Origin: an uncultured Clostridia bacterium
GTDB taxonomy: Bacteria; Bacillota; Clostridia; TANB77; CAG-508
Length of the DNA stretch: 64,000 nt
Direction of reading: 5' to 3'
Assembly: GCA_947585105.1 (NCBI GenBank)
Contig: CANPWV010000001.1
Coordinates: 2,875 to 66,874 of the forward strand
Shown here: positions 39,279-50,769 of the stretch, in pieces
Position numbering within the stretch: the stretch's first letter is position 1
How the letters are laid out: the number at the start of each line of letters is the position of its first letter
The notes under the pieces: generated by a model
Seen by the model: only the letters and a program-made list of their open reading frames with translations
Told to the model about the DNA's origin: nothing
Databases searched by the model: none
Made by a program: the position numbers and the translations under genes

Positions 39279-40667
39279 ATGGAATGTGTTGTTAAAGATT
39301 TTTTCGAAAATCCAGAAAAATTTTATTCAAAAGATGTTACAATTTCTGGTTGGGTTAGAACAGTTAGAGACTCAAAGACATTTGGCTTTTTAGAAGTTAA
39401 TGATGGAAGTTACTTTAAAAATGTACAAGTTGTATTTGATAATAAATTAGATAATTTCGATAATATTTGCAAACTTACAATTGCTTCATCAGTTGAAATT
39501 ACAGGAGAATTTGTAAAAACTGAAAACGCAAAGCAAGCTTTTGAAATTCACGCTAAAAGTATAAAAGTTCTTGGAGAATCAGATCCTGATTATCCGCTTC
39601 AAAAGAAACGCCATAGTTTTGAGTATTTGAGAACTATAGCTCATCTTCGTCCTCGTACAAATACATTTAGCGCAGTATTTAGAATAAGAAGCGTTGCAGC
39701 TTTTGCAATACATGAATACTTCCAAAATAATGGTTATGTTTATGTTCATACTCCAATTATTACTTGCGCAGACTGTGAAGGATCAGCTGAAATGTTTAAA
39801 CTTACAACTTTAAATTTAAAAGAACCACTTCCAGTAAATGAAAAAGGTGAAACAGACTTTTCTAATGATTTATTTGGAAAAGAAACATATATAACAGGTT
39901 CAGGTCAATTACATGGAGAAACTTTTGCTCCAGCTTTTAGAAAAATATATACATTTGGACCAACACTTCGTTCAGAAAATTCTAATACAAAAACACATGC
40001 TAACGAATTTTGGATGATTGAACCTGAAATTTCATTTTGTGATTTGGAAGAATTAATGAATATAGAGGAAGATTGCTTGAAATATATAGTTTCAAAGGTT
40101 TTAGAAAGATGTCCTGAAGAAATAGATTTTTGCGACCAATTTATACAAAAAGGATTAAAAGAAAAATTGAATAGATTGATAAATTCTTCATTTGTTAGAA
40201 TTGACCACAAAGATGTAATTGATATTTTGAAGAAAGCTGATAGAGAGTGGGAGTTTAAACCTGAATATGGCGAAGATTTAGCAAAAGAACATGAAAAATA
40301 TATCACTGAATATTTTAATGGACCAGTATTTGTTAAAAATTGGCCAAAAGATATAAAATCATATTATATGAAACTTAATCCAGATGGAAAAACTGTTGCC
40401 GCCGTTGACTTAGAAGTTCCTGGTGCAGGCGAGATTATGGGTGGTTCTCAAAGAGAGGAGAACCTAGAAACTCTAAGTAAAATTATGAAAGAAAAGGGAA
40501 TAAATGAAGATCAACTTTATTGGTATATGGATTTAAGAAGATATGGAACAAATATCCATTCAGGTTTTGGACTAGGATTTGAAAGATTATTAATGTATTT
40601 AACTGGAATGGAAAATATTAGAGATGTTATTCCATACCCAAGAACACCAAACAATTGTGATTTCTAG
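39279..40667 (+). CDS. asnS: Asparagine--tRNA ligase
   Basis: Class IIb aaRS with N-terminal OB fold and motifs 1-3. Clear AsnRS similarity. Confidence 0.9.
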   Translation: MECVVKDFFENPEKFYSKDVTISGWVRTVRDSKTFGFLEVNDGSYFKNVQVVFDNKLDNFDNICKLTIASSVEITGEFVKTENAKQAFEIHAKSIKVLGESDPDYPLQKKRHSFEYLRTIAHLRPRTNTFSAVFRIRSVAAFAIHEYFQNNGYVYVHTPIITCADCEGSAEMFKLTTLNLKEPLPVNEKGETDFSNDLFGKETYITGSGQLHGETFAPAFRKIYTFGPTLRSENSNTKTHANEFWMIEPEISFCDLEELMNIEEDCLKYIVSKVLERCPEEIDFCDQFIQKGLKEKLNRLINSSFVRIDHKDVIDILKKADREWEFKPEYGEDLAKEHEKYITEYFNGPVFVKNWPKDIKSYYMKLNPDGKTVAAVDLEVPGAGEIMGGSQREENLETLSKIMKEKGINEDQLYWYMDLRRYGTNIHSGFGLGFERLLMYLTGMENIRDVIPYPRTPNNCDF

Positions 40668-40769
40668 GTTAGAGGTTAGAAGTTATAGATTAGAAGATAT
40701 GAAGGAAACAACAAATTTTGTTGCTTCCTTTTTTTGTAATAAAAAAATAAATACAAAATAGAATTTATC

Positions 40770-41343
40770 ATGGACATTTTAGAAATTATATTAATTGGTA
40801 TAGGTCTTGCAATGGATGCGTTTGCCGTCTCTATTTGTAAAGGCTTATCAATGAAAAAAATTAATTTTAATAAAGTAATAAAAATAGGTTTATATTTTGG
40901 ATTTTTTCAATTTTTAATGCCATTAATACGGTTATTTTCTAGGAAATACTTTTGCGGAAATTGTTAAAAATATTGATCATTGGCTTGCTTTTATATTGCT
41001 TTCTATAATTGGAATAGAAATGATAAAAGAAAGTTTTGAAAATAAAGGAGAAAATGATAAGGTCGATTTTAAAACAATGATAATGTTAGCAATTGCTACA
41101 AGTATAGACGCTCTAGCGGTTGGAATTACATTTTCTTTTTATAAAGTAAATATTTTAATTTCTACTATTTTAATTGGAATAATAACTTTTGTTTTATCAA
41201 ATATTGGAGTTTTAATAGGTTTTAAATTTGGAGATAAATTTCAAAGTAAAGCTGAGATTTTAGGCGGAATAATCCTGATTTTAATAGGTTTGAAGATTTT
41301 ACTAGAAGATTTAGGAGTAATTTCATTATTTAATTTTAACTAA
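40770..41343 (+). CDS. mntP: Manganese efflux pump MntP. Continuous only with a +1 shift at in-frame CGG 40929-40931.
   Basis: ORFs 40770..40967 and 40996..41343 join as ..[27 protein letters not shown].., which restores the conserved PLIG motif. Confidence 0.8.
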
Positions 41344-41462
41344 TTTTTTCAAATAACTCTTTTAATTTCTGAAAATTATGATAAAATAAGTTTATCAATA
41401 TTTAAGTTAAAATTTTAATTTATATATTAGATTATGAAGTCTTATTTTAGAAAGGCTAAGAT

Positions 41463-42954
41463 ATGAAATTAAAAGATATTTTAAATGGCGTAGAAATCCT
41501 AGAAACAAAGGGAAATTTAGACGTTGATATTACAAATTTAGGTTCAGATTCTAGAAATCTTTTTTATGGAGGATTATTTTTTGCAATAAAAGGGTTTACA
41601 CTAGATGGAACAAAATTTATTGAGATGGCTGTAAAAGAAAAAGGTGCTGTTTCAGTTGTTGTTGAAGAAGATTTTGATATGAATAATTGTATAGACGGCG
41701 TAAGTTATGTAAAAGTAAAAAATATTAGAAGAAGTTTAGCTTTAATTAGCAATAATTTTTATGGGAATCCTTCAGAAAAATTAAAAGTGATTGGAGTTAC
41801 TGGAACAAAAGGAAAAACAACTTCAACTTTTATGATTAAATCAATTTTGGAAAAGGCTGGATTTAAAGTTGGATTAATAGGAAGTATTGCTGTATATATA
41901 GGTGATGAAGAACTTGAAATCACTGATAGAACTACACCAGAGAGCTTTGTTATTTATAAATATTTGAGTAAAATGGTAGAAGAAAAAGTTGATATTGTAA
42001 TTTTGGAAGTATCTTCTCAAGCTATGGTTTTAGATAGAGTTACAGGAATAAAGTTTGACGCTACATTATTTACAAATTTGACAGAAGATCATATAAGTCC
42101 AAAAGAACATAAAGATATGGAAGACTATTTTAACGCAAAATTATCACTTATGAAAATTTCTCCATATATAGTTACAACTCTTGATAATGAATATACTAAT
42201 AGAATCCCAAAACTTATAGAAAATACGCCAATTTTAACATTTGGATTAACAGAAAAAAATGAAGTTGTTGGAAAAAATCTAAAGCCAACAAATTCTGAAA
42301 CAACTTTCACATTGTGTTCTAATGGAGAAGAAAATGAGATAACAGTTTCAATTCCTGGTGAATATATGGTTATGAACGCTTTGGGTGCAATTGCTATTTC
42401 TAGACATTTTGGGGCAACAATAGAAGATTGCAAAAATGGTTTAAAAAATGTAAAAGTTTTTGGTAGAAGTGAGATTGTTCCTAACAAATTAGGATTAAAA
42501 ATTATGATAGATTATGCTCATACTCCATCAAGTTTAGAATCAATTTTGTCTACAGTTAAGCCATATACAAAAGGTAGAGTAATTTGTGTATGGGGAGTTG
42601 GCGGAGATCGTGATAGTAAAAAAAGACCAATAATGGGCGAAATTTCAGGACGTTTGGCTGATTACACAGTTTTAACATCTGATCAAGTTAGAACAGAAGA
42701 GCCAATGAAAATTTTGAAAGACATAGAAGTTCGGACTAAAGCCAGTTACAAATCAATATAGTATAATTTTAAATAGAACAGAAGCAATAAGATTTGCTAT
42801 AAATATGGCTAACGAAAACGATATTATTGTTATTCCAGGTCTTGGAAATGACTTGTATATTGAGAAAGATCACGTAAAACATCCATATAACGAAAGAACA
42901 GTAATACACGATATTATTGAAGAAAAACTTTTAAATAAGGACAAGATTTTTTAA
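41463..42954 (+). CDS. murE: UDP-N-acetylmuramoyl-tripeptide synthetase (MurE family). Continuous only with a +1 shift at in-frame CGG 42732-42734.
   Basis: Mur ligase motifs (GVTGTKGKTT, DYAHTP). After the CGG the +1 frame encodes the conserved C-terminus ..NRTEAIRFAINMANENDIIVIPGLGND.. through a stop at 42952-42954. Confidence 0.85.
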
Positions 42955-42972
42955 AATCTGAAAGGGGTAAAT

Positions 42973-44205
42973 ATGTTTTATATTAATGAAAATTTTTTGA
43001 ATTTACAAGATAGTTATTTGTTTTCAACAATTGCTAAAAAAGTTAGTGAATTTCAAAAAAATAATCCAGATAAAAAAGTTATAAAACTTGGAATTGGAGA
43101 TGTAACAAGGCCAATAGTTCCAAAAGTATGCGAGGCTATGAAAAAAGCAATTGACGAAATCGGAACAGCGGAGGGTTTTAAAGGTTATGGTCCAGAGCAA
43201 GGTTATGATTTTTTGAGAAACACAATTGCTGAAAACGATTACAAAGGCTTAGGAATAGAGCCTGACGAGATTTTTATATCAGATGGCGCAAAATGTGACT
43301 GCGGTAATATAGTTGATATTTTTGATGAAAATAGTAAAATTGCTATAACAGATCCTGTTTACCCAGTATATTTAGACACAAATGTTATGGGCGGAAGAAG
43401 TGGAAAATTCAACGAAAAAACAGGAATGTATGAAAACATAATTTATATGCCTGTAAGTAAAGAAAATAACTTTGTTCCAGAGCTTCCAAAGGAAAAACCA
43501 GATGTAATATATTTGTGTTTTCCAAATAATCCAACTGGAACAGTTTTAACAAAAGACGAGTTAAAAAAATTTGTAGATTACGCAAAAGAAAATAAGGCGA
43601 TAATTCTTTTTGATGCAGCTTATGAGAGATTTATTCAAGACGAAAATATTCCTCACTCAATATATGAGGTAGAGGGCGCAAAAGATGTTGCTATAGAGTT
43701 TAGAAGTTTTTCTAAAACAGCTGGATTTACGGGAGTTAGATGTGCTTTTGCTGTTGTTCCAAAAACAGTTTATGGTTTATCAAAATCAGGTGAAAAAGTT
43801 TCATTAAATAAACTTTGGAATAGAAGGACAACTACTAAATTCAATGGTGCTAGCTATATAGTACAAAGAGGAGCAGAAGCCGTTTATAGTAAAGAGGGAA
43901 AAGAGCAAGTTGAAGAGAATATTAAATTTTATAGAGAAAATGCAAAAATAATTAAAGAAGGTTTGGAAGAAGCCGGATTTACAGTGTTTGGAGGTGTTCA
44001 TTCACCATATATTTGGCTTAAAGTTCCAGATGGAATGACATCTTGGGAATTTTTCGACGAATTATTATCAAAAGCAAATGTAGTAGGAACACCAGGAAGT
44101 GGCTTTGGACCATCAGGAGAAGGCTATTTTAGACTTACTTCATTTGGAACAAGAGAAAATACAATTGAAGCAATTGAAAGAATAAAAAAATTAAAGAAAG
44201 GTTAA
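42973..44205 (+). CDS. dapL: LL-diaminopimelate aminotransferase (DapL; class I PLP aminotransferase)
   Basis: Aminotransferase I/II fold with PLP-lysine motif [10 protein letters not shown] and DapL-like N-terminus. Confidence 0.8.
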   Translation: MFYINENFLNLQDSYLFSTIAKKVSEFQKNNPDKKVIKLGIGDVTRPIVPKVCEAMKKAIDEIGTAEGFKGYGPEQGYDFLRNTIAENDYKGLGIEPDEIFISDGAKCDCGNIVDIFDENSKIAITDPVYPVYLDTNVMGGRSGKFNEKTGMYENIIYMPVSKENNFVPELPKEKPDVIYLCFPNNPTGTVLTKDELKKFVDYAKENKAIILFDAAYERFIQDENIPHSIYEVEGAKDVAIEFRSFSKTAGFTGVRCAFAVVPKTVYGLSKSGEKVSLNKLWNRRTTTKFNGASYIVQRGAEAVYSKEGKEQVEENIKFYRENAKIIKEGLEEAGFTVFGGVHSPYIWLKVPDGMTSWEFFDELLSKANVVGTPGSGFGPSGEGYFRLTSFGTRENTIEAIERIKKLKKG

Positions 44206-44207
44206 AT

Positions 44208-44765
44208 ATGAAAGAAGAATTTATAAAATTACTTAGAGAAACAAAAAGAGAAGGAATTGAAGATGTAATAAATTTCTTGGAAAAATCAGATTTCTTTAAA
44301 GCGCCAGCTAGTACTAGATATCACGGAGATTATGAAGGGGGGCTTTTAGAACACAGTATGAAGGTATATGAGATTTTTAAAGATAAAGTTGAAAAATCTT
44401 GTATCGAAATAAATACTCCAAAAGAATCATTGATAATTATGGCTTTATTACATGATATTTGTAAAGCAAATTATTATAAAGTTGATTATAGAAACGCTAA
44501 AAATCAGACAACAGGCGAATGGGAGAAAGTTCCATATTATACAGTTGACGATACTATTCCTTATGGTCATGGCGAAAAGAGTGTAATGATGCTTACAGAA
44601 TATATAAAACTTACAAATGAAGAAAAATACGCGATTCGTTGGCACATGGGCTTTACAGAGCCAAAGGAAAATTATCAATATTTATCAGGAGCTTTTAAAA
44701 AATACCCAGTTGCGCTTTTGCTACATGAAGCTGATTTAGAAGCTACATACTTTTTCGATATTTAA
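44208..44765 (+). CDS. HD-domain phosphohydrolase
   Basis: H..HD..K metal-binding motif (LLHDICK). Confidence 0.7.
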   Translation: MKEEFIKLLRETKREGIEDVINFLEKSDFFKAPASTRYHGDYEGGLLEHSMKVYEIFKDKVEKSCIEINTPKESLIIMALLHDICKANYYKVDYRNAKNQTTGEWEKVPYYTVDDTIPYGHGEKSVMMLTEYIKLTNEEKYAIRWHMGFTEPKENYQYLSGAFKKYPVALLLHEADLEATYFFDI

Positions 44766-44852
44766 ACATATTTTAAAGATTTTGAATAAAATTATAAGTA
44801 GAGAAATTTAATTAAATTTCTTTCAAAATATTATTTTAAGTGAGTGATTTTT

Positions 44853-45866
44853 ATGAAAGAATATAGTTTAGCCTTAGTTGGCGCTACAGGAGTTGTTGGT
44901 AGGGAAGCAAGAAAAGTTTTAGAAGAAATGAAGCTTCCTATTTCAAAATATGTATTTTTTGCCTCAAGCAAATCTGCCGGAACAAAAATTGAATTTATGG
45001 GGAAGGAATATGAAGTAAAAGAATTAAAAGAAGATTCTTTTGACGAAGGATTTGATTTTGCGGTGTTTAGTGCAGGTGGCGAGACATCTAAAAAGTTTTC
45101 TCCAATAGCATCCTCAAAAGGTGCAATAGTTGTGGATAACAGTAGTGCTTTTAGAATGGATAAAGATGTTCCACTTGTTGTTCCAGAGGTAAATCCAGAG
45201 GAAATATTTAGAAATCATGGAATTATAGCAAATCCTAATTGTTCTACAATTCAAGCTGTTGTACCATTAAAAGTTTTAGATGACAAATATAAAATAAAAA
45301 GAATTGTTTATTCAACATATCAAGCTGTTTCAGGCGCTGGAAAAAATGGAATTGAAGATTTAGAAAGTGGAATTGACGGATATGTTAATAATACTAAAAA
45401 TGAGCTTAAAAAATTTCCTCATCAAATTTTTAATAATTGTTTGCCAGATATAGATATTGCTATGGAAAGCGGTTATACAAAAGAAGAAGAAAAAATGATT
45501 AATGAAACTAGAAAAATCCTAGGAAAACCCGATTTAGCGGTTACAGCTACATGTGTAAGAGTTCCAGTTTTTAATTCACATAGCGAGTCTATAAATGTTG
45601 AATTTGAAAATGAATTTGATTTAAAAGAACTTGTAGAAAGTTTGAAAAATTCTGATGGAATTAGAGTTCAAGATAATTTAGAAAATCACGAATATCCTTT
45701 AGCTACAAACGCTACAGGTCATAATGAAGTTTTTGTTGGAAGAATCAGAAGAGATTTTAGTGTAAAAAGCGGAATAAATTTCTGGTGCGTAGCTGACAAC
45801 ATAAGAAAAGGTGCTGCCACAAACGCACTTCAAATTGTAAAGTATATTATTGAACATATGGAGTAA
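44853..45866 (+). CDS. asd: Aspartate-semialdehyde dehydrogenase
   Basis: NAD-binding GATGVVG motif and active-site Cys in NCSTI. Confidence 0.9.
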   Translation: MKEYSLALVGATGVVGREARKVLEEMKLPISKYVFFASSKSAGTKIEFMGKEYEVKELKEDSFDEGFDFAVFSAGGETSKKFSPIASSKGAIVVDNSSAFRMDKDVPLVVPEVNPEEIFRNHGIIANPNCSTIQAVVPLKVLDDKYKIKRIVYSTYQAVSGAGKNGIEDLESGIDGYVNNTKNELKKFPHQIFNNCLPDIDIAMESGYTKEEEKMINETRKILGKPDLAVTATCVRVPVFNSHSESINVEFENEFDLKELVESLKNSDGIRVQDNLENHEYPLATNATGHNEVFVGRIRRDFSVKSGINFWCVADNIRKGAATNALQIVKYIIEHME

Positions 45867-45869
45867 AAA

Positions 45870-46268
45870 ATGGAAATTAATACAGTTATTTTAATTGATG
45901 AAAATCAAGAAAAAAAGAAGAAAATAATTGAAGAATTGAATTCAAAAATTGTATTTTCTTATACTAAATTAGAAAGCTTAATTTCTTCATTTGTAGAAAA
46001 TATTTCAAAAGAGGATAATAAGCTTTTGCTTCAATTTTTGAACACTTTTTTCAAAAAGTTGAGTGATAAAGAAGAATTGTTTTTAATTGATGTAGATAAA
46101 CTATCTTATGAAAATTCTAAAATGTTAATTCAAAAGAATCCAAATATCTTTGTTTGTTATCTAGAAAATGTTCAAGATGGTGAAAGATTGAAAACAGTAA
46201 ATAAATATGAAGATATAGAAGAAATTATGACTAAAGCAAAATTTGGAGATGAAATAAATGAAAATTGA
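45870..46268 (+). CDS. Hypothetical protein (132 aa)
   Basis: Translationally coupled to asd and to the downstream P-loop protein. Confidence 0.4.
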   Translation: MEINTVILIDENQEKKKKIIEELNSKIVFSYTKLESLISSFVENISKEDNKLLLQFLNTFFKKLSDKEELFLIDVDKLSYENSKMLIQKNPNIFVCYLENVQDGERLKTVNKYEDIEEIMTKAKFGDEINEN

Positions 46269-46863
46269 TAAAGAATTTAAAAATATATTTTTAGTCGGAC
46301 CATCAAGGTGTGGTAAAACAACTACAGCAACTATTTTTCAACGAGAATATGGATATACTCATATAATAATGGATGCAATTATTGAAACAATGATGGAAAT
46401 TTATCCGAATTTAGGAATAAAGCATGGTAATTTGCAATCTGAAGAATTTATAAACTTTTTGAAATCATATAGTAAAAATTTGTTTAAGTATACTAAACAT
46501 AATATTATAGATTTAGAAGTTCTTGATCCTATAGATGCAAAAAAAATTATTAATGAGGATGAATCGACCATAATTTATATGGGATATCCTAATATTACTC
46601 CAGAAGAAAAATTAGCTCAAACTAGAAAATATGATAGCCAATTTGATTGGACTAGAAATATGTCAGATGGTGAATTATTAGAATTATTTAAGAAACATAT
46701 AGAAACAAGTAAATTAATAGAAGTAGAAGCTAAAAAATATGGTTACAAATTTATAGATACAAGTTTTAATAGAGAAAATAGAGTTAAGCAAGAAATTCAA
46801 CAACTAATTGAGCAAGGAGAATTATATAGGACAAATGAAAGTTATAAAAGATATTACAGATAA
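46258..46863 (+). CDS. P-loop NTPase / kinase-like protein (Walker A GPSRCGKTT)
   Basis: Walker A motif and a 201-aa single domain. Confidence 0.5.
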   Translation: MKIDKEFKNIFLVGPSRCGKTTTATIFQREYGYTHIIMDAIIETMMEIYPNLGIKHGNLQSEEFINFLKSYSKNLFKYTKHNIIDLEVLDPIDAKKIINEDESTIIYMGYPNITPEEKLAQTRKYDSQFDWTRNMSDGELLELFKKHIETSKLIEVEAKKYGYKFIDTSFNRENRVKQEIQQLIEQGELYRTNESYKRYYR

Positions 46864-47644
46864 TTATCATCAAAAATATATTTTTATAGATTTAGATGGA
46901 ACCCTTACTAATAGTAATAGAGAAATTAGTAAGAAAAATATTGAGCAAATCAAAAGATTACAAAATTTAAATAATGAAATTATTATTTGCTCAGGAAGAA
47001 ATAGAGAATATACAGTTGAGAAAAGTAAAATTTGTAATATTAGTAAATATGTAATTTCTTCAAATGGTGCGGAGATATTTGATATAGCTTCTAATCAAAT
47101 TATTTATGAAAATATTATCAAAAATTCTACTGTAATAAAAATTTTTAATTATTGTATAAGAAATAATATTGTTTGCAAATTAAATTCAGGAAATACTAGA
47201 ATCATAAGTAATTTGATTGAAGAACCAATTGAGAAAATATTAAAAAATTATAAGATTAATCAAATTGCTATTGAAACTGGATATATATTAGATATATTAA
47301 AATTACGAAATTATGTAGAAAATAATTTTGACGATGTCTCTATTTTAAATTATTCTAAAAATGTATATGACCCTAGTGATAAGTCTGATAGAGCATGGCT
47401 AGATATTGCAAATAAAGATGTGTCTAAAGGAAATTCAATAAAAATTTTATTAAATATTTTAAATGTAAATAAAGAAAATGCTATTGCAATAGGAGATAGT
47501 GATAATGACATAAGTATGTTTGAAAATGTAGGTTATGGTGTTGCTATGAAAAATGCTAGTGAGAATTTGAAAAAAATTGCAAATGAAATTACATTAAGTA
47601 ATAATGATGATGGTGTTGCAGAATTTTTGAAAAAAATCAAATAA
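46808..47644 (+). CDS. Cof-type HAD-IIB family hydrolase
   Basis: DxD nucleophile (FIDLDGTL) and C-terminal GDSDND motif. A terminator hairpin lies at 47644..47665. Confidence 0.75.
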   Translation: MSKENYIGQMKVIKDITDNYHQKYIFIDLDGTLTNSNREISKKNIEQIKRLQNLNNEIIICSGRNREYTVEKSKICNISKYVISSNGAEIFDIASNQIIYENIIKNSTVIKIFNYCIRNNIVCKLNSGNTRIISNLIEEPIEKILKNYKINQIAIETGYILDILKLRNYVENNFDDVSILNYSKNVYDPSDKSDRAWLDIANKDVSKGNSIKILLNILNVNKENAIAIGDSDNDISMFENVGYGVAMKNASENLKKIANEITLSNNDDGVAEFLKKIK

Positions 47645-48001
47645 AAAGCCCGAAAACGGGCTTTTGAAAATTAATTTAAAATAATAGTAGTAATTTTAAA
47701 AATATTGTGATATACTAATATATATTAAAAAAGAAAGGATGAGAAAAAAAATATGAAGATTATGATGTCAAATGATGCTCATAATGATTTTAATTCATAT
47801 TTAAAAAATAATTTTTAATTCTTTAAAATTTTCCAAATAAACAAAATTAAATAAAAATAGTTAAGTACAACAAATTGTTAATTTGATGTTTTTTTAAGTT
47901 TGCTCAAGAATAAATTTTCAAAAAACTTAAATTTACTATGTACAAAATATAAAAATAGAGATATAATTAAAAATAGTTAGAGTATTATTTTACGTTAAAA
48001 C

Positions 48002-48532
48002 ATGTATTTAAATTGGAATAGGAGATTGGGGATTATGTATAGCGAAAAATCATTTAAAAATTATATTTTTTGGGTACAAGTAAAAAGAGTATTTTTAATA
48101 ATAATTCTTAGCTGTATTGGTGCAGCTTTAGGAATTTTAATTGGAAAAATTTTAGAAAGTACTGTTAAAATTACTTCTTTTAATAATGTGATAATCGCTG
48201 TTTCAACAATAATTTTCTTTTTAATTTCACTTTTATTAACAGTTGGAACAGGAAAGCAAGTTCAAGATGGTTATTGGAAAATTGCTGTTTTAAGAAAACT
48301 TACAGTAATTCAAAAAAATTTAGAATTAAATAATGAATTATTAAAAAATACTGATAAATCAGTAAAAGAAAAAATTAAACCTATAACAGAAAAAATTATA
48401 GATGATGAAGAAGTAAATGATGACGAAGAAGAGATAACTTCTAATCTTTATAAATTTAATGATGAAGAGGAAAAAGAAGAAAAAAAGACAACTAGAAAAA
48501 CATTAAAAGGACCAGAAGAACTTAATAATTAA
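48002..48532 (+). CDS. Hypothetical membrane protein with acidic C-terminus
   Basis: Two TM helices and a D/E-rich tail. Confidence 0.4.
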   Translation: MYLNWNRRLGIMYSEKSFKNYIFWVQVKRVFLIIILSCIGAALGILIGKILESTVKITSFNNVIIAVSTIIFFLISLLLTVGTGKQVQDGYWKIAVLRKLTVIQKNLELNNELLKNTDKSVKEKIKPITEKIIDDEEVNDDEEEITSNLYKFNDEEEKEEKKTTRKTLKGPEELNN

Positions 48533-48652
48533 ATATTATATTTTTAAAAAGGTTAGTTTCGATTTTTGATCGAAACTTTTTCTTTTTTTAGTCATAAAAA
48601 ATTTTTTAGCGAATATATATTAGTAAATATAGATTACAAAGGAAGAATAAAG

Positions 48653-49606
48653 ATGGGAACAAAGTATAAAGAGATTTTAAAATATTTTCCAGAAGAAATT
48701 GAAAAAGTTTTAGCTTTAGAATTAAATGAAAATTTTGAAAAATTAGAAGAGATAAGGTTACGAGCTTTAAGACCAATAATTTTAAAATTTAGAGATGATG
48801 AAAAAATTATAAAATACAATGTCTCAACTGAAGAAATTTTAAACACTTTGGCGCATATTTGCGAAAATTCTATATATTCATATCAAAATGAAATATCAAA
48901 TGGCTTTGTTACTATTAAAGGTGGCCATAGAGTAGGAATTTCAGGCTCTTGTGTAATAGAAAATTCAAAAGTTATAAATATAAATTATGTTTATAGTTTG
49001 AATTTTAGAATTGCAAGAGAAATTTTAGGTTGCTCACAAAATATTTTAAATGAAATTATAAATTTAGAAACAAATTCCATTTATAATACATTAATTGTTT
49101 CTCCGCCTGGAGCTGGAAAAACGACTATTTTAAGAGATTTGGTAAGAACTTTAAGTTCTGGAATAAAAGATTATAAATTTAAAGCTGTAAATGTTGGAAT
49201 AGTTGACGAAAGAGGCGAAATTTCAAGCCTATTTCATGGTGTTCCTCAAAATGATATTGGAACAAAAGTTGATATATTAGAAAATGTTTCAAAAGAAATT
49301 GGAATGAAGATGTTAGTAAGAAGTTTAAGTCCAAAGATAATTGTTGCTGATGAAATTGGTAGTAAAGAAGATATAGAGGCAATAAATTATTCGGTTTGCT
49401 CTGGAGTTAAAGGAATATTTACATCTCATGGAGAGAGTATTCAAGATTTAAGCTTAAATCCTGTAACTAAAAGCTTGATTTCACTTAATTTAATCGAGAG
49501 AATCATTTTTCTTGACGAAAAGAAAAAAGGAACAATTCGAGAAATTTACTATTTGGACAAGAAAAATAGAGAATATATTTTAAAAGAAAAAGGGACTTTA
49601 ATATGA
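48653..49606 (+). CDS. spoIIIAA: Stage III sporulation protein AA (AAA ATPase)
   Basis: Walker A SPPGAGKTT and SpoIIIAA-like sequence. First gene of an 8-gene operon. Confidence 0.8.
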   Translation: MGTKYKEILKYFPEEIEKVLALELNENFEKLEEIRLRALRPIILKFRDDEKIIKYNVSTEEILNTLAHICENSIYSYQNEISNGFVTIKGGHRVGISGSCVIENSKVININYVYSLNFRIAREILGCSQNILNEIINLETNSIYNTLIVSPPGAGKTTILRDLVRTLSSGIKDYKFKAVNVGIVDERGEISSLFHGVPQNDIGTKVDILENVSKEIGMKMLVRSLSPKIIVADEIGSKEDIEAINYSVCSGVKGIFTSHGESIQDLSLNPVTKSLISLNLIERIIFLDEKKKGTIREIYYLDKKNREYILKEKGTLI

Positions 49607-50088
49607 TTGTTGTTAAAGGAATTTTAATTATTTTAATAATTGTAACTAGTGATTTAATTGGAAATATGAAAGCCAAGACTTTTAGCAAAAGATATTTTAG
49701 TTTAAAAAAGTTTAAAAGCGGTTTAGGAGTTTTTAAAAGCAAGTTAGAGTTTACTTATGAGCCGATTTCAGAGATTTTTGAAGATATTTCTAAATTAGTT
49801 TATGAAAATGAAGAAAACATTTTTCAAAGATATGTTCAAAATAATGACTGGAATTTAGCGGTAGATGGTGAGAAAGATTTTTTAAATGATGATAAAGAGG
49901 TTGCAAAAGGCTTGGGAAAGATGCTTGGAAAACTTGATAAATCAGGGCAATTAAATGAAATAAATTTAGTAGACGAATTTTTAGATAAACAAATTGAACA
50001 ATCATTTGAGGAAAAACAAAAAAATGAGAAATTGTATAAAATCTTGGGAAGAAGCGCTGGAATAGCAATTGCCATAGTTTTAATTTAG
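49603..50088 (+). CDS. spoIIIAB: Stage III sporulation protein AB
   Basis: Position in the operon, N-terminal TM segment and SpoIIIAB-like size and sequence. Confidence 0.7.
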   Translation: MIVVKGILIILIIVTSDLIGNMKAKTFSKRYFSLKKFKSGLGVFKSKLEFTYEPISEIFEDISKLVYENEENIFQRYVQNNDWNLAVDGEKDFLNDDKEVAKGLGKMLGKLDKSGQLNEINLVDEFLDKQIEQSFEEKQKNEKLYKILGRSAGIAIAIVLI

Positions 50089-50097
50089 GAGGATTTT

Positions 50098-50299
50098 ATG
50101 AATATAGATTTATTGTTTAAAATTGCTGGAATTGGAATAATTATTGCTGTTTTGCACCAGATTTTGAGCAAAGCCGGACGAGAAGATCAAGCTATGATGA
50201 CGAGTCTGGCGCGGAATGATAATTGTTCTGACAGTAATAATAAAAGAAATTAGCGAACTATTTGCGACAGTTAGGACGGTGTTTAATTTGTGATTGATA
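50098..50299 (+). CDS. spoIIIAC: Stage III sporulation protein AC. Continuous only with a +1 shift at in-frame CGG 50212-50214.
   Basis: The N-terminus MNIDLLFKIAGIGIIIAVLHQIL.. matches SpoIIIAC. After the CGG the +1 frame gives ..TSLA-G-MIIVLTVIIKEISELFATVRTV.. as the second TM helix. Confidence 0.75.
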
Positions 50300-50677
50300 T
50301 TGTAAAAATTGTAGGCGTTCGGATTTGTAAGCCTTATAATAATCGTGATTTTAAAAGAATATAGAAGAGATTTTGCGATATACGCTGAATTAATAGGAGG
50401 ATCGATAATCCTCTATTTTTGCGTAGATTATTTAAAAGGAATTGTAAATTTTATAAGTGGACTTTCTTCTACTGGAATTGACAGTAGTTTCATTTTATTA
50501 CTCGTGAAAATTACGGGAATTTCGATACTTACAGAATTTGCGGTTTCGGTTTGTAGAGACATGGGAGAGGGCGCGATTGCAAGTAAAGTAGATTTAGGAG
50601 GAAAATTGTTAATTGTTTCATTATCAATACCAATTATCACGGCTACATTAAGTGGTTTATTAGGACTTTTGGAATAG
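50292..50677 (+). CDS. spoIIIAD: Stage III sporulation protein AD. Needs a +1 shift at in-frame CGG 50322-50324 plus a second, non-CGG frame change near 50338-50345.
   Basis: VIDIVKIVGV-G-FVSLI.. aligns with B. subtilis IDIVQIAGLGLIATFLSLIVKE... The body ORF 50345..50677 (ILKEYRRDFA..) is in yet another frame, and the junction at ataaatcgtg is not explained by the CGG rule. Confidence 0.65.
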
Positions 50678-50769
50678 TTTTTATTTTAATAATTTTTATT
50701 TCTCCCAAGATTTTTGCAAGTAGCGAGGCTGTCAAAGCTCAAGCTGAAAGCTTTGGAATTAAAGGCTTT